55,405 bases of DNA, taken from positions 1-55,405 of the IMG/VR virus record IMGVR_UViG_3300008107_000064; one strand, 5' to 3'. Both the position numbers and the translations under genes were made by a program. Of this stretch, positions 35,170 to 45,171 are shown piece after piece (within the stretch, counting starts at the first letter, position 1; each line of letters begins with the position of its first letter). Below the pieces are notes generated by a model. It saw only the letters and a list, made by a program, of their open reading frames with translations, did no database searches and was not told the DNA's origin. This DNA comes from a virus. Its lineage: Duplodnaviria > Caudoviricetes.

Positions 35170-37662
35170 ATGCCTGTTATCGCCGCCGTAGCCGTCGTTG
35201 CAGAAGTTGTTGGCGCAGTCGCAGGCGTTGAGCTTGCTGCTGGTGCGATCGGAAGCGCAGTGCTTGGTGGCGCTGTTGCGGAAAGTTCTGTCATTGCTTC
35301 TGCTGTTGGCGGCGCTGTGCTTGGTGCAGGAACAGGCGCGCTTACATCTGCGGTCACAGGTGGCAACGTATTACAAGGTGCTGCGCTTGGCGCATTGACG
35401 GGTGGTATCGGCAGCGGCGTTGCGCCAATCATTGGCGAAGCTGTGTCTGGAGCAATCGGTGCGGGATCTATTGCAAACGGCGTGACCACTGCGATCTCTT
35501 CATTGGTTGGCGGCACAGCAGGTGGACTAGCACAAGGTCAAGACTTCGGCGAAGCAATGCTAAATGCGCTGCCCGGCGCGCTTGGCGCTGGTATGTTCGT
35601 TGGTTCTGGCTTGAAAGATCTTCTGTCTGAAACTGTCGATGGTTTCTTTGATTCAACCGGCGATGACCTTGTCGATAACACAACAACAGATTGGGACGGT
35701 GATGGCCGTCTTACCAACCGAGATGTTGCGCCTGACATTGACGGCGATGGAAGAATTACTGAAGCAGACGCTGATAGATATATCGCGCGCTATGAAGGCG
35801 ATGAGCCTGTCATTGAAGGTGAAGTTGGCGAAGTTCAAGGGCCGCCTATGCCGCCCGAAGACAACGCTACAATTAGCGAGCGCGTGCAAGCGCAGATTGA
35901 TGCAAAGAACGCTGAAAGCTTGAATGTTCCTGAAGGTGCTACACCAACAAAAATTCTTGATCTTGCGCGTGAAGCGGCAAATCGCGGTGTGCTTGAGCAG
36001 TGGGCAAACAATGCTGACAATGCGAACGCATGGAACACTGCTGTAAAGAGCGGTCTTCTTGTCACTGAGGTAGGTCAAACAGACTTCCTTGACGAAGTTG
36101 TCGCAAAGAACAACGCGGTGCGTGCAGCGCGTCCAACATTCACTGCGCCAACACTGAGCGATGTGTCGTTCACTGAATCTCTTTATGATCCTGCTGAAGT
36201 TGCAGCTATCACGAAGAGCCCGCAGGCAATCTTTGAGATCATGGAAGCAAACCGTCCGACAACGGTCGAGGCAAAAGCGCCGAGCATCTATGATTACATC
36301 ACAGAAACAAATAAAGCTTCTGTGCAGGCTGCTGAGAGAGCATGGAACCCGCCGAGCGCAGACACGCTGACGGCGGCTGATCGCACGCTCGCGCAGACAA
36401 GCGCATATGAGAAGTTGCAGAACGCTGCCACACGCAATCAAGAGATCATTGAGTTCTATCAAAGCCTCGATCAGAAGACGATGTTGCCGACCGAGAAGGC
36501 GAACCTTGCCGATGCGCTGCAAGCGCAAGACAAGATCATCAGCCTCATGGGCAAGTATGAGCCGACAATCGCGCAGGCAGCGCCGACGGTCGATTACAGC
36601 AACTACGGCATGACCGGCGAAGTGGTGCAGGCGCAGTCCGCACCCGTTACGCCGCAGGTCGTGGATGCGAGCGGGTTTGATCCGCTGGCTGGCCGCTCCT
36701 CAGTCTATGCGCCCACGCAGATGGTCTCCAACCCGAACGCCTACGGCATGATGGGCGAGCAGTCGTTCTACGGCGGCCCCCTGACACAAACTGGCACCGT
36801 GGGCGCGCCCAGCTCTGGCGCTATCGGCTCTGGTGACGTCGCCGGCTTCTTAGACCGCATGACTGCTGATGCCTATCAGTCAATGCTGGCGCAGCCCAAT
36901 CAGGTCGCGGCTGCGCCAAGTTCTGGCAATATCAGCATCCCGTCCCTGACGATCCAAGGACCGGGGGTCACGATCCCCTCCGGCACTGGCGTCACAACCA
37001 CGATTCCGACGATCACGCCAACGCCGTTGGCATCGCTGGGGACCGGCACCGGCACGACGCCCCCAATCCAGTCAGCCACGTCTACGCCTTACGACTATAC
37101 GATCTACCCGAACTTCCAGCAGGAGCTGGAGAAGCAGCGCGAGATCGCCTTGGCTGGCACCGGCACGACGCCGGGGGGCACTTATACGGGCACGCTCAAC
37201 CCTGCTGGCGGGCGCTCGCTCGGAGATATGTCTGGGCTAAACTTCTACAGTTACGGCATGGGCTCTGAGAACCCGTTTTATAGGGCGCCTGCGGCGGCCA
37301 AAGGCGGCTATTTCGACGCTGATGCATACTTTGCAGAGGGCGGGCTGGTTGCCCCTCCTAAGCCTCCTGTGCAGCCTACAGTGGCCGCTTATCCGACCAT
37401 GGCCTACACGGATGGTCAGGGGCTCGTTGGCGCTGTTTCTGCCCCGCCGGCGCTCACGCCTTACGATATGTTCGGGTCCGACGCGCCGCATGCATCGCCC
37501 ATGGCGCCCGCGCCGGCTGCCGCAGCGCCAACCATGACGCCTGACAGCCCGCTATTGGCTATGCGCAACGTCAATGCTACGCCTGTCGCGGCTCCGATAT
37601 CGCAAAACCCAAATTTGGGGTACTCTCTCGGCATGTCGCCTCTCTCGCGGCTCAAGGGTTAA
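35170..37662 (+). CDS. Putative ejected protein with N-terminal glycine zipper
   Basis: About 150 aa hydrophobic G/A/V N-terminus, DxDGDG loops, low-complexity P/T tail, AKGG and AEGG motifs. Confidence 0.55.
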   Translation: MPVIAAVAVVAEVVGAVAGVELAAGAIGSAVLGGAVAESSVIASAVGGAVLGAGTGALTSAVTGGNVLQGAALGALTGGIGSGVAPIIGEAVSGAIGAGSIANGVTTAISSLVGGTAGGLAQGQDFGEAMLNALPGALGAGMFVGSGLKDLLSETVDGFFDSTGDDLVDNTTTDWDGDGRLTNRDVAPDIDGDGRITEADADRYIARYEGDEPVIEGEVGEVQGPPMPPEDNATISERVQAQIDAKNAESLNVPEGATPTKILDLAREAANRGVLEQWANNADNANAWNTAVKSGLLVTEVGQTDFLDEVVAKNNAVRAARPTFTAPTLSDVSFTESLYDPAEVAAITKSPQAIFEIMEANRPTTVEAKAPSIYDYITETNKASVQAAERAWNPPSADTLTAADRTLAQTSAYEKLQNAATRNQEIIEFYQSLDQKTMLPTEKANLADALQAQDKIISLMGKYEPTIAQAAPTVDYSNYGMTGEVVQAQSAPVTPQVVDASGFDPLAGRSSVYAPTQMVSNPNAYGMMGEQSFYGGPLTQTGTVGAPSSGAIGSGDVAGFLDRMTADAYQSMLAQPNQVAAAPSSGNISIPSLTIQGPGVTIPSGTGVTTTIPTITPTPLASLGTGTGTTPPIQSATSTPYDYTIYPNFQQELEKQREIALAGTGTTPGGTYTGTLNPAGGRSLGDMSGLNFYSYGMGSENPFYRAPAAAKGGYFDADAYFAEGGLVAPPKPPVQPTVAAYPTMAYTDGQGLVGAVSAPPALTPYDMFGSDAPHASPMAPAPAAAAPTMTPDSPLLAMRNVNATPVAAPISQNPNLGYSLGMSPLSRLKG

Positions 37663-37665
37663 TCC

Positions 37666-40089
37666 ATGATTGATGACAAAGATCTCGGCGAAGAAGTCGA
37701 AATGGAAAACGACGAGATGGACGTCGAAGAGAACGACGACGGCTCGGCAGTTGTAACCATTGAAGAGCCAGAAATTGCCGAAGAGGCGGAGTTCTATGTG
37801 AACCTTGCCGAAGAGATGCCGTCTTTCGATCGTATGACGATCTCTTCACAGCTCCTTGAGTTCATCGAGCGTGACAAGGAAGCCCGCTCGCTGCGCGACA
37901 AGCAGTATGAAGAAGGCCTGCGCCGCACCGGCCTCGGCGATGACGCGCCCGGCGGTGCCAACTTCCAAGGCGCCTCCAAGGTCGTCCACCCGATGCTGAC
38001 CGAGGCCTGCGTGGACTTCTCGTCCCGTGTTGGCAAAGAGCTGCTGCCGCCCGGTGGCCCGGTGAAAGAGCACATTCCCGGCGAGATCACCATCAAGAAG
38101 CTTGAAAAGGCAAAGCGCTCGCGCACTTTCATGAATTGGCAGCTCACGCACCAGATGCCTGAGTTCCGTCCAGAGATGGAACAGCTCCTGACGCAGGTGC
38201 CGCTTGGTGGTGCGCAATATCTCAAACTCATCTGGGATGATCAAAAGAGCCGCCCGACCGCGCTCTTCATCCCGATCGACGATGTCTATCTTCCCTACAG
38301 CGCGACAAGCTTCTACAGCGCAGAGCGCAAGACGCATGTGCAGTATCTCACCAAGATGGAGTTTGAGAAGCGCGTCAATACAGGCATGTATCGCGATATC
38401 AACCTTGTCGCGCCGCAAGAGCCTGATCTGACAGGGCCTGCAAAGGCCAACAACAAGATCGAAGGCCGTGAGCAAACATCGTACAATGAAGATGGCCTGC
38501 GCACCGTGTTCGAGATCTATTGCTATCTCGACTTCGAAGACAACTTTGGTCTCGCTCCCTACATCGTCACGATCGACCACACTACGAAAGAAGTTCTGGC
38601 GATCTATCGCAACTGGGATCCTGAAGATCAAAATCAGGAAGAACTAGTCCACATCGTTGAATGGGCATTCGTGCCATGGCGCGGCGCTTATCCGATCGGC
38701 CTGCCCCATATGATTGGCAGCCTGTCTGCTGCTGCGACTGGTGCGTTGCGTGCGTTGCTCGATAGCGCGCATATCAACAACTTCCCCGGCATGCTGAAGC
38801 TTAAGGGCGGATCGCGCGGCGGTCAGTCTGATCGTATCGAGCCAACGCAGGTCACCGAAATCGAAGGCGGCGTTGGTGTCGATGACATCCGCAAGATCGC
38901 TATGCCGGTGCCGTTCAATCCGCCGAATGCAGTTCTTTTCTCGTTGCTTGGTTTTGTGACCGAAGCAGCGCGTGGCGTCGTTCGCACGACATTTGAAAAG
39001 ATGCAGGACCAGAACCCGAACCAGCCCGTCGGCACCACGCTGGCGCTGATGGAACAGGGCATGACGGTGTTCTCTGCGATTCATGCGCGTCTGCATAACT
39101 CCATGCAGATGACGCTGCGCGTGCTGCACCGCTTGAACGCACAGCATCTGACCGATGACTACATCGAGCAGGTCACCGGCGAAGAAATGTGCAAGGCCGA
39201 GGACTTCCAAGGCCCGATGGATGTGATCCCCGTTTCGGATCCAAACATCTTCTCTGAGGCACAGCGCTTTGCGCAGGTGCAAGCTGTCGCGCAGCGCCAG
39301 CAGGCGAACCCGAACCTGTATGATCCATACAAGGTCGAAGAGCTGATCCTGTCGCAGCTCAAGATCCCTGACTACAAGTCACTGCTAAAGAAGCAGCCTG
39401 AGCCGATCGAGCTGAACGCGGTCAACGAGAACCTCGCTCTGACGCTGGGGCGCCCGGTTGCTGCATTCCCGATGCAGGACCATCTGGCGCATTTGCAGGT
39501 GCATCTGGATTACCTCCAGAGCCCGATCTTTGGTATGAACCCGCTGATTGGCCCCGTGTTCATCCCCGGCGTGCTCCAGCACATCAAGGAGCACATGGCA
39601 TACTGGTACTCGCTCAGCATGTATGAGCAGACCAGCGCGGCTGCGGGCGTGCCGCTTGATCTCTTCCTTGAGAAGAAGGACGAAGAAGTGTCGGCAGAGC
39701 TTGATCGCACGCTGGCCATGGCATCGCAGCGCTTCATGCCAGACATTCAGGCAAGCTTGCAGGGCGTGCCGCCGGTCATCCAGCAGGCCATGGAAGTCAT
39801 GTCGCAACTTGGCCCGAAACAGCCGGTTGATCCGTCGCAGATCTTGCAGGCCGAGACGCAGCGCAAGGCGGCATACGATCAGGGCCGACTGGAGATCGAC
39901 AAGGCGCGCCTTGATCGCGAAGCACAGCTCGATCAGATCAAGATGCAGGAGCGTCAGATGGAGATCGAAGCTAAGATGGCGATGAACCGCGAGGATAACA
40001 TCACCGCCAAGGAACTTGCCGTGTTTGAGGCCGAGCAGGGCATTAAGACACCATATTCAACAGGCCGAGGCATCAACCCTAACCCGTGA
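37666..40089 (+). CDS. Portal protein
   Basis: 807 aa; 'GASKVVHPMLTEACVDF', 'ALRALLDSAHINNFPG', 'PVGTTLALMEQG..VFSAIHARLH', 'DVIPVSDPNIFS', 'QDHLAHL'; coiled-coil tail. Confidence 0.85.
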   Translation: MIDDKDLGEEVEMENDEMDVEENDDGSAVVTIEEPEIAEEAEFYVNLAEEMPSFDRMTISSQLLEFIERDKEARSLRDKQYEEGLRRTGLGDDAPGGANFQGASKVVHPMLTEACVDFSSRVGKELLPPGGPVKEHIPGEITIKKLEKAKRSRTFMNWQLTHQMPEFRPEMEQLLTQVPLGGAQYLKLIWDDQKSRPTALFIPIDDVYLPYSATSFYSAERKTHVQYLTKMEFEKRVNTGMYRDINLVAPQEPDLTGPAKANNKIEGREQTSYNEDGLRTVFEIYCYLDFEDNFGLAPYIVTIDHTTKEVLAIYRNWDPEDQNQEELVHIVEWAFVPWRGAYPIGLPHMIGSLSAAATGALRALLDSAHINNFPGMLKLKGGSRGGQSDRIEPTQVTEIEGGVGVDDIRKIAMPVPFNPPNAVLFSLLGFVTEAARGVVRTTFEKMQDQNPNQPVGTTLALMEQGMTVFSAIHARLHNSMQMTLRVLHRLNAQHLTDDYIEQVTGEEMCKAEDFQGPMDVIPVSDPNIFSEAQRFAQVQAVAQRQQANPNLYDPYKVEELILSQLKIPDYKSLLKKQPEPIELNAVNENLALTLGRPVAAFPMQDHLAHLQVHLDYLQSPIFGMNPLIGPVFIPGVLQHIKEHMAYWYSLSMYEQTSAAAGVPLDLFLEKKDEEVSAELDRTLAMASQRFMPDIQASLQGVPPVIQQAMEVMSQLGPKQPVDPSQILQAETQRKAAYDQGRLEIDKARLDREAQLDQIKMQERQMEIEAKMAMNREDNITAKELAVFEAEQGIKTPYSTGRGINPNP

Positions 40090-40097
40090 GGAACATC

Positions 40098-40295
40098 ATG
40101 GATAACAGCCTTCTCCCGCAGCACAAGCGACTCGCGATGGGCATGCCCGTCAACAACGAGCCTGCTGGTGCTTCCAAGAACATGACCGGCGACATGGTCA
40201 AGCCGCACAAGCCTTACGGTATCCACAAGAACCTTTCGGGCAAGAGCGACAAGCATGCGCAAAGCAAGCTCTCAAGCTTTGATGGCCGGAAATAA
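40098..40295 (+). CDS. Small basic hypothetical protein
   Basis: SD GAGG; 'LPQHKRLAMG'. Confidence 0.5.
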   Translation: MDNSLLPQHKRLAMGMPVNNEPAGASKNMTGDMVKPHKPYGIHKNLSGKSDKHAQSKLSSFDGRK

Positions 40296-40315
40296 GTTCT
40301 TGACATGGTGCGGGC

Positions 40316-40543
40316 ATGATAGAACAGATCATAAAGAGGCTACTCGAAGAGCAATCTAGAGTAGCCCACGAAAGCATGGAGCAGCCCGGCGACGGCTCGA
40401 TATTCGAGTACGGGCGCAGGGCAGGGATCTACGCCGGTCTGGGTCGCGCACTCGCGATCATTGAGGAGACCTTGGCACAAGGTGAAGAGGACAGAGAGCA
40501 TGACAAGTCTCGTCGTGTTAGCAGGGCTATCTACGGAGAATGA
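40316..40543 (+). CDS. Hypothetical protein
   Basis: 'EYGRRAGIYAGL..A..IIEE' small helical protein preceding groES. Confidence 0.55.
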   Translation: MIEQIIKRLLEEQSRVAHESMEQPGDGSIFEYGRRAGIYAGLGRALAIIEETLAQGEEDREHDKSRRVSRAIYGE

Positions 40544-40922
40544 AGAACTTTTCCCAAAGGTGAGCCCAAATATCCGCCCGCATGGGTCTCGCATTCTGGT
40601 TCAAATCCGCCGCGTTCGCACAAAGAGCAAAGGCGGCATCATCTACTCAGATGACACCAAAGACACGAAGCTGGACAACACCTGCGTGGCGAAAGTCATT
40701 GCTGTTGGTCCGCTGGCCTACAAAAATCGCAACACTATGGAAGCTTGGCCGGAAGGCGCTTGGTGCAAGCCGGGCGACTACGTCTTTGTGCCTAAGTATG
40801 GCGGTCTCCGCTGGGAACGCCCCTGTCAGGCAACCGAAAACTACAGTGGCAAGGTTCAGTTTGCGATCTTCGACGACCTCAACATCGTGGGTGATGTTGA
40901 GAACCCGTTTGAAGACGATTGA
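40500..40922 (+). CDS. groES: GroES-like co-chaperonin
   Basis: 'RPHGSRILV...KSKGGII...AKVIAVGP...KPGDYV...KYGG'. Confidence 0.8.
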   Translation: MTSLVVLAGLSTENEELFPKVSPNIRPHGSRILVQIRRVRTKSKGGIIYSDDTKDTKLDNTCVAKVIAVGPLAYKNRNTMEAWPEGAWCKPGDYVFVPKYGGLRWERPCQATENYSGKVQFAIFDDLNIVGDVENPFEDD

Positions 40923-40933
40923 TGGAGGCGGCT

Positions 40934-41854
40934 ATGAACAGCACTGAAAAAGCAGAAATGCAGGAAGAAGAGATTGAGATCATCGAGGGCGAAGAGCCGG
41001 TAGAGGAGCAGTCTCAGGAGCAGGAAGAGCAGGAAGACGAGCGTCTTTCAGAAGAACTTTCTGCCGATGACGAGGCCCGCCGCGAAGCTAAGCGAGCCGA
41101 GCGCCGCCGTCGCAAGGAAAACCAGCGCTATGCGCGGGACAAGACCAAGGAAGAGCTGCAATATCTGATCGAACAGAACCGCCTGCTCCAGCAGCGTCTT
41201 GAGGCGGTCGAAACCCATGCCATGACGGCCCAGAAGGGCACGCTGGATCAAAACTATCAGCAGGCGCTCTATGGCGTGCAGGCGGCTGAGCAGGCCCTTG
41301 CAAAGGCGATCGAGATCGGCGACGGCACCCGCGTGCCTGAGCTGCTGCGCCAGCGCGATCAGGCGCTCGCAAAGGCTGCTGAGATCAATCGCATGAAGGC
41401 CGGGTTTGATAATCCCGCCCCAAGGCAGACAGCGCCATCTGTCGTCGATATGAAAGCCCGCCAATGGGCTTCGGACAATCCATGGTTCAGGCCAGACGGC
41501 AAAGACTCTGACTCGGAAGTGGTGCGTGCGATCGACGCAACGCTCACCCGCGAAGGTCTGGATCCGACCACGGATGCTTATTGGGACGAGCTGGACAACC
41601 GTCTGTCGAAGTATCTTCCGCACCGCTTTGCAGAAGAAGAAGATTCCGGTTATAGTCAGCCTCGACAGGGCCGTCGTGGCCCGCCGGTCGGTGGTGGTCG
41701 TGAGATCAGCGCACCCGGTTCCAAGAAGGTTTATGTCAGCGCCGAGCGCGTACAAGCGATGAAGGATGCTGGCTATTGGGATGACCCAGTGATGCGGCAG
41801 CGCATGTTGAAGCGCTACGCTGAAGTGGATCGTGAACTTAAATCTGCACGCTAA
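40934..41854 (+). CDS. Putative capsid scaffolding protein
   Basis: Acidic N-terminus, coiled coil, 'WASDNPWF'; lies between portal and capsid genes. Confidence 0.65.
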   Translation: MNSTEKAEMQEEEIEIIEGEEPVEEQSQEQEEQEDERLSEELSADDEARREAKRAERRRRKENQRYARDKTKEELQYLIEQNRLLQQRLEAVETHAMTAQKGTLDQNYQQALYGVQAAEQALAKAIEIGDGTRVPELLRQRDQALAKAAEINRMKAGFDNPAPRQTAPSVVDMKARQWASDNPWFRPDGKDSDSEVVRAIDATLTREGLDPTTDAYWDELDNRLSKYLPHRFAEEEDSGYSQPRQGRRGPPVGGGREISAPGSKKVYVSAERVQAMKDAGYWDDPVMRQRMLKRYAEVDRELKSAR

Positions 41855-41867
41855 ATAGGAGCGAGCT

Positions 41868-42404
41868 ATGAACCTTGGTAACGATGAACGCCTCAAGAAA
41901 ACAACCGACACGACACGTCGTAGCCGCGCGATGGACGATCGCCGCGTAACAGAGAGCCGAGAACTCTCCGATGATGACCGCGTCCAGATGTTCCGCGATG
42001 CGTTTTATCAAAGCGCACTGCCTGATCTGCCGGAAATCCCCGGTTATCATGTGTGCTGGTTAACGACCACCAATCCTCGCGATCCTATTCAGGGCCGCTT
42101 CCGTCTCGGCTACGAGCCGGTAAAGCCCGAAGAGGTGCCGGGTTGGGAATATGCTTCCATCAAGACCGGTGAATATGCCGGCCTTATCGGTGTGAATGAG
42201 ATGATCGCAGCTAAGCTCCCCGATCGTCTTTATTACCGCCTGATGCGAGAGGCGCACCATGACGCGCCACTGCGTGAGGAAGAACGGATCACATCCGACA
42301 TGGATTCGATGGCAGAGCGTGCAGGTCGTTCCAAGAGCCGCATGTACGAGGACGATGGTATGTCGAGCTTGCGTGAAGCACCGCCTGAACCTGAGTTCAG
42401 GTAA
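41868..42404 (+). CDS. Conserved head-region protein
   Basis: 'LPDLPEIPGYHVCW...GYEPV...IGVNEM'. Confidence 0.55.
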   Translation: MNLGNDERLKKTTDTTRRSRAMDDRRVTESRELSDDDRVQMFRDAFYQSALPDLPEIPGYHVCWLTTTNPRDPIQGRFRLGYEPVKPEEVPGWEYASIKTGEYAGLIGVNEMIAAKLPDRLYYRLMREAHHDAPLREEERITSDMDSMAERAGRSKSRMYEDDGMSSLREAPPEPEFR

Positions 42405-42430
42405 CCCTCACCTAGCAGAAGGAATCGAGA

Positions 42431-42988
42431 ATGTCCTCGACCAATGCTCCTTTCGGTATGCGCGCGGCATATAGTCCGTCGGGCACTATCCGCGAAGTCG
42501 CTGGCACAATCACCAGTGGCTACAACACCGACATCTACACGGGCCAGCCCGTGAAGATCGGCACGAATGGCACCATCGAAGTCGCCGCCGCCGGCGAGCG
42601 CCTTGTTGGTGTTTTTGCAGGCTGTCAGTATCTCCCGACCGGCGCTCAGCGTCCTGTTATCTCGCCTTCATGGCCTGCTAACACCGGTGCGACCGAGATC
42701 GTGTGCTACTACACGTCTGACCCCTATCTGGTTTACGAGATTCAGGCCGATGGCGCTGTCTCGCAGGCAGAAGTGGGCCAGCAGGCTGACTTTACGAACG
42801 TCGCCAACTCCAATGGTCTGGGTTATTCGACCTGCACCATGGACGCCGCTACGTCGTCCAGCACGGCTGCGCAGCTCCGCGTCGTCGGTATCGCCACAGG
42901 CGTGAACAACGCTCCCGGTGATGCTTACACCGTCGTTCAGGTGCAGATCTCTGAGCACCAGTTCGTCTCAACTCAGAACCCGTTCTAA
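42431..42988 (+). CDS. Capsid decoration / minor capsid protein
   Basis: 'NAPFGMR', 'GVFAGCQY', 'DPYLVYEIQ'; immediately upstream of the major capsid gene. Confidence 0.6.
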   Translation: MSSTNAPFGMRAAYSPSGTIREVAGTITSGYNTDIYTGQPVKIGTNGTIEVAAAGERLVGVFAGCQYLPTGAQRPVISPSWPANTGATEIVCYYTSDPYLVYEIQADGAVSQAEVGQQADFTNVANSNGLGYSTCTMDAATSSSTAAQLRVVGIATGVNNAPGDAYTVVQVQISEHQFVSTQNPF

Positions 42989-43003
42989 TAGGGAGATCCG
43001 CAC

Positions 43004-43918
43004 ATGGCTACTCCAATGCGTAGTACGGACTTCCGTTCCATCGTCGAACCAATCCTCAATGAGGCTTTCGACGGCGTCTACGACCAGCGCGCAGACGAAT
43101 GGAAGCAGGTGTTCCGTGAAGAGCGTGGCATTCCGCGCAACTATCATGAAGAGCCCGTCCTCTTTGGCTTTGGCGCTGCGCCTGAGCTGCCCGATGGCAC
43201 GGCTGTCACCTACCAGTCTGGTGGCGTGCTCTTCATCAAGCGTTACCAGTACAAGGTCTATGGCCTTGCCTTCGCTCTGACGAAGGTTCTCGTCGAAGAC
43301 GGTGATCACATCCGTATCGGCCAGACCTACGCCAAGCACCTCGCCCAGTCGCTGGTCGAGACGAAGGAGACCAACGCTGCCAACGTCCTCAACCGCGCCT
43401 TCAACGGTGCGTATGCTGGCGGTGACGGCAAGTCTCTGGTGGCAACCGATCACCCGATCGTCAATGGCACCTTCTCCAACCAGCTCTCGACCGCCGCCGC
43501 GCTGTCGCAGACCTCGCTGGAGCAGATCCTCATCCAGATCCGCAACGCTGTTGACAACAACGGCAAGCGTATCCGTTTGAACCCGACAAAGCTCGTTGTG
43601 TCGCCTTCGAACGTCTTCCAAGCGGAAGTCCTTCTGAAGTCTGTCCTGCGCACTGGCACGGGTAATAACGATATCAACCCCGTAAAAAGCATGGGGCTTT
43701 TGGATGGCGGTCAGGCCAACCTGTCGCGTCTTACCTCGACCACCGCTTGGTGGGTCGAAACCGACGCGCCGGAAGGTCTCAAGCTGATGATGCGCCGTCC
43801 GCTCGAAAAGAGCATGGAAGGCGACTTCGAAACCGACTCGATGCGCTTCAAGAGCACCGAGCGTTACGATCTCGGCTGGACCGACCCGCGCGCCGTCTAC
43901 GGCACGCCGGGTGTCTAA
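43004..43918 (+). CDS. Major capsid protein (Mu gpT-like HK97 fold)
   Basis: 304 aa; 'ETKETNAANVLNRAF', 'GGDGKSL...HP', 'GDFETDSMRFK..ERY..GWTDPRAVYG'; strongly biased codon use. Confidence 0.85.
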   Translation: MATPMRSTDFRSIVEPILNEAFDGVYDQRADEWKQVFREERGIPRNYHEEPVLFGFGAAPELPDGTAVTYQSGGVLFIKRYQYKVYGLAFALTKVLVEDGDHIRIGQTYAKHLAQSLVETKETNAANVLNRAFNGAYAGGDGKSLVATDHPIVNGTFSNQLSTAAALSQTSLEQILIQIRNAVDNNGKRIRLNPTKLVVSPSNVFQAEVLLKSVLRTGTGNNDINPVKSMGLLDGGQANLSRLTSTTAWWVETDAPEGLKLMMRRPLEKSMEGDFETDSMRFKSTERYDLGWTDPRAVYGTPGV

Positions 43919-43930
43919 AAAACACCGACA

Positions 43931-43957
43931 GGGGGGTGGCGAAAGCCACCCCTTTGT
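43931..43957 (+). terminator. Rho-independent terminator after the capsid gene
   Basis: GGGGTGGC-GAAA-GCCACCCC-TTTGTT. Confidence 0.75.
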
Positions 43958-43999
43958 TGCATTATAGGGCCGGTCAAGCTTTTCAAGGAGAAGACCCCC

Positions 44000-44713
44000 A
44001 TGACGCAGTTCTCAGACGATCTCTGGCTTGGTGCCGCTCTCGGCCCACAGCTCAATTCCTACGCAGGCCCCGGCGCTGTTTATTCCGGCGTTGGCCCTCT
44101 CGCCCGCACCTACATCTTCGACGCCGTCCCCGCTGCTAAGTCTGCGACCGCCGTGTGCGCCGCTCAGGCTGTTGCCGCTGCTGGCAACGCAACGATCAAC
44201 GGCGCTTCTGCTTCTGGCGGTGTCGCAACCTTCGACTATGCCCGCGCTGTCAACGTCGATAGCTCGAACGTCGGTGACACGACCCAGACCGTGACCGTGA
44301 CAGGCACGGACTATTGGGGTCAGGCCCAGACCGAAGAAATCGCGCTCAATGGCACGACGCTCGTAGCTGGCCAGAAGGCTTTCAAGACCATCACGCAGGT
44401 GGCTGTGTCCGCTGCGCTCGCTGGCAACCTCACCGTCGGCAACGAAGACATCTTCGGTCTGCCCTATCGCGTGACGGACGCTGGCTATCTGTTCCGCGTT
44501 GGTTGGGCTGGCGCTCTTGCTGAAGACGCTGGCACGTTCGTGGCTGCCGATACGGCAACTGCAACCGCCACGACGGGCGATGTGCGCGGCACCTACGCAC
44601 CGTCTTCTGCTGCAAACGGCACGCGCCGCCTTGTGATTGGCATCGCGCTCACCGCTTCGCAGGCTGGCCCCAACGCCACCCAGACGGCTGCTGTCGGCGT
44701 CATCCCCGCCTAA
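44000..44713 (+). CDS. Virion structural protein
   Basis: A/T/G-rich; 'VTVTGTDYWGQAQTE', 'ATATTGDVRGTY'. Confidence 0.6.
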   Translation: MTQFSDDLWLGAALGPQLNSYAGPGAVYSGVGPLARTYIFDAVPAAKSATAVCAAQAVAAAGNATINGASASGGVATFDYARAVNVDSSNVGDTTQTVTVTGTDYWGQAQTEEIALNGTTLVAGQKAFKTITQVAVSAALAGNLTVGNEDIFGLPYRVTDAGYLFRVGWAGALAEDAGTFVAADTATATATTGDVRGTYAPSSAANGTRRLVIGIALTASQAGPNATQTAAVGVIPA

Positions 44714-44760
44714 TAAGCAAGGGGGCCTTGTGCCCCCTCACTTTCCTTTAGGAGGGCCAG

Positions 44761-45168
44761 ATGGTCGATACTGTTACGACCCAGACACTGCTCGACGGCG
44801 AGCGTCTGGTGATCATGAAGTTCACGAATGTCTCTGATGGATCCGGCGAAAGCGCGGTGACAAAGATTGACGTGAGCACGCTGTCTTCTAATCCAAACGG
44901 TGATGCCTGCACGGGCGTCAAGATCAACAAGATCTGGTCCACCACAACCGGCATGGCTGTGAACATCCTGTGGGATGCCACAACAGACGTGCTTGCATGG
45001 ACGATCCCGCAGGACACCAATTACTACATGTGCTTCGGTGAGCACCTCGGCGGCATTCCAAACAATGCTGGCGCGGGCAAGACGGGCGACGTTGCATTCT
45101 CCACGATTGGCGCTTCGGCTGGTGACAGCTACAGCATCATCTTGGAATGCATCAAAACCTATGGGTGA
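44761..45168 (+). CDS. Hypothetical virion protein
   Basis: 'MKFTNVSDGSGES..TKIDVS...GGIPNNAGAGKTGD'. Confidence 0.55.
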   Translation: MVDTVTTQTLLDGERLVIMKFTNVSDGSGESAVTKIDVSTLSSNPNGDACTGVKINKIWSTTTGMAVNILWDATTDVLAWTIPQDTNYYMCFGEHLGGIPNNAGAGKTGDVAFSTIGASAGDSYSIILECIKTYG

Positions 45169-45171
45169 CGC

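Noticed and set aside
40294-40330. AAGTTCTTGACA resembling the early promoter box
   Set aside because: Only 9 nt match, there is no credible -10 at proper spacing, and it abuts a start codon.
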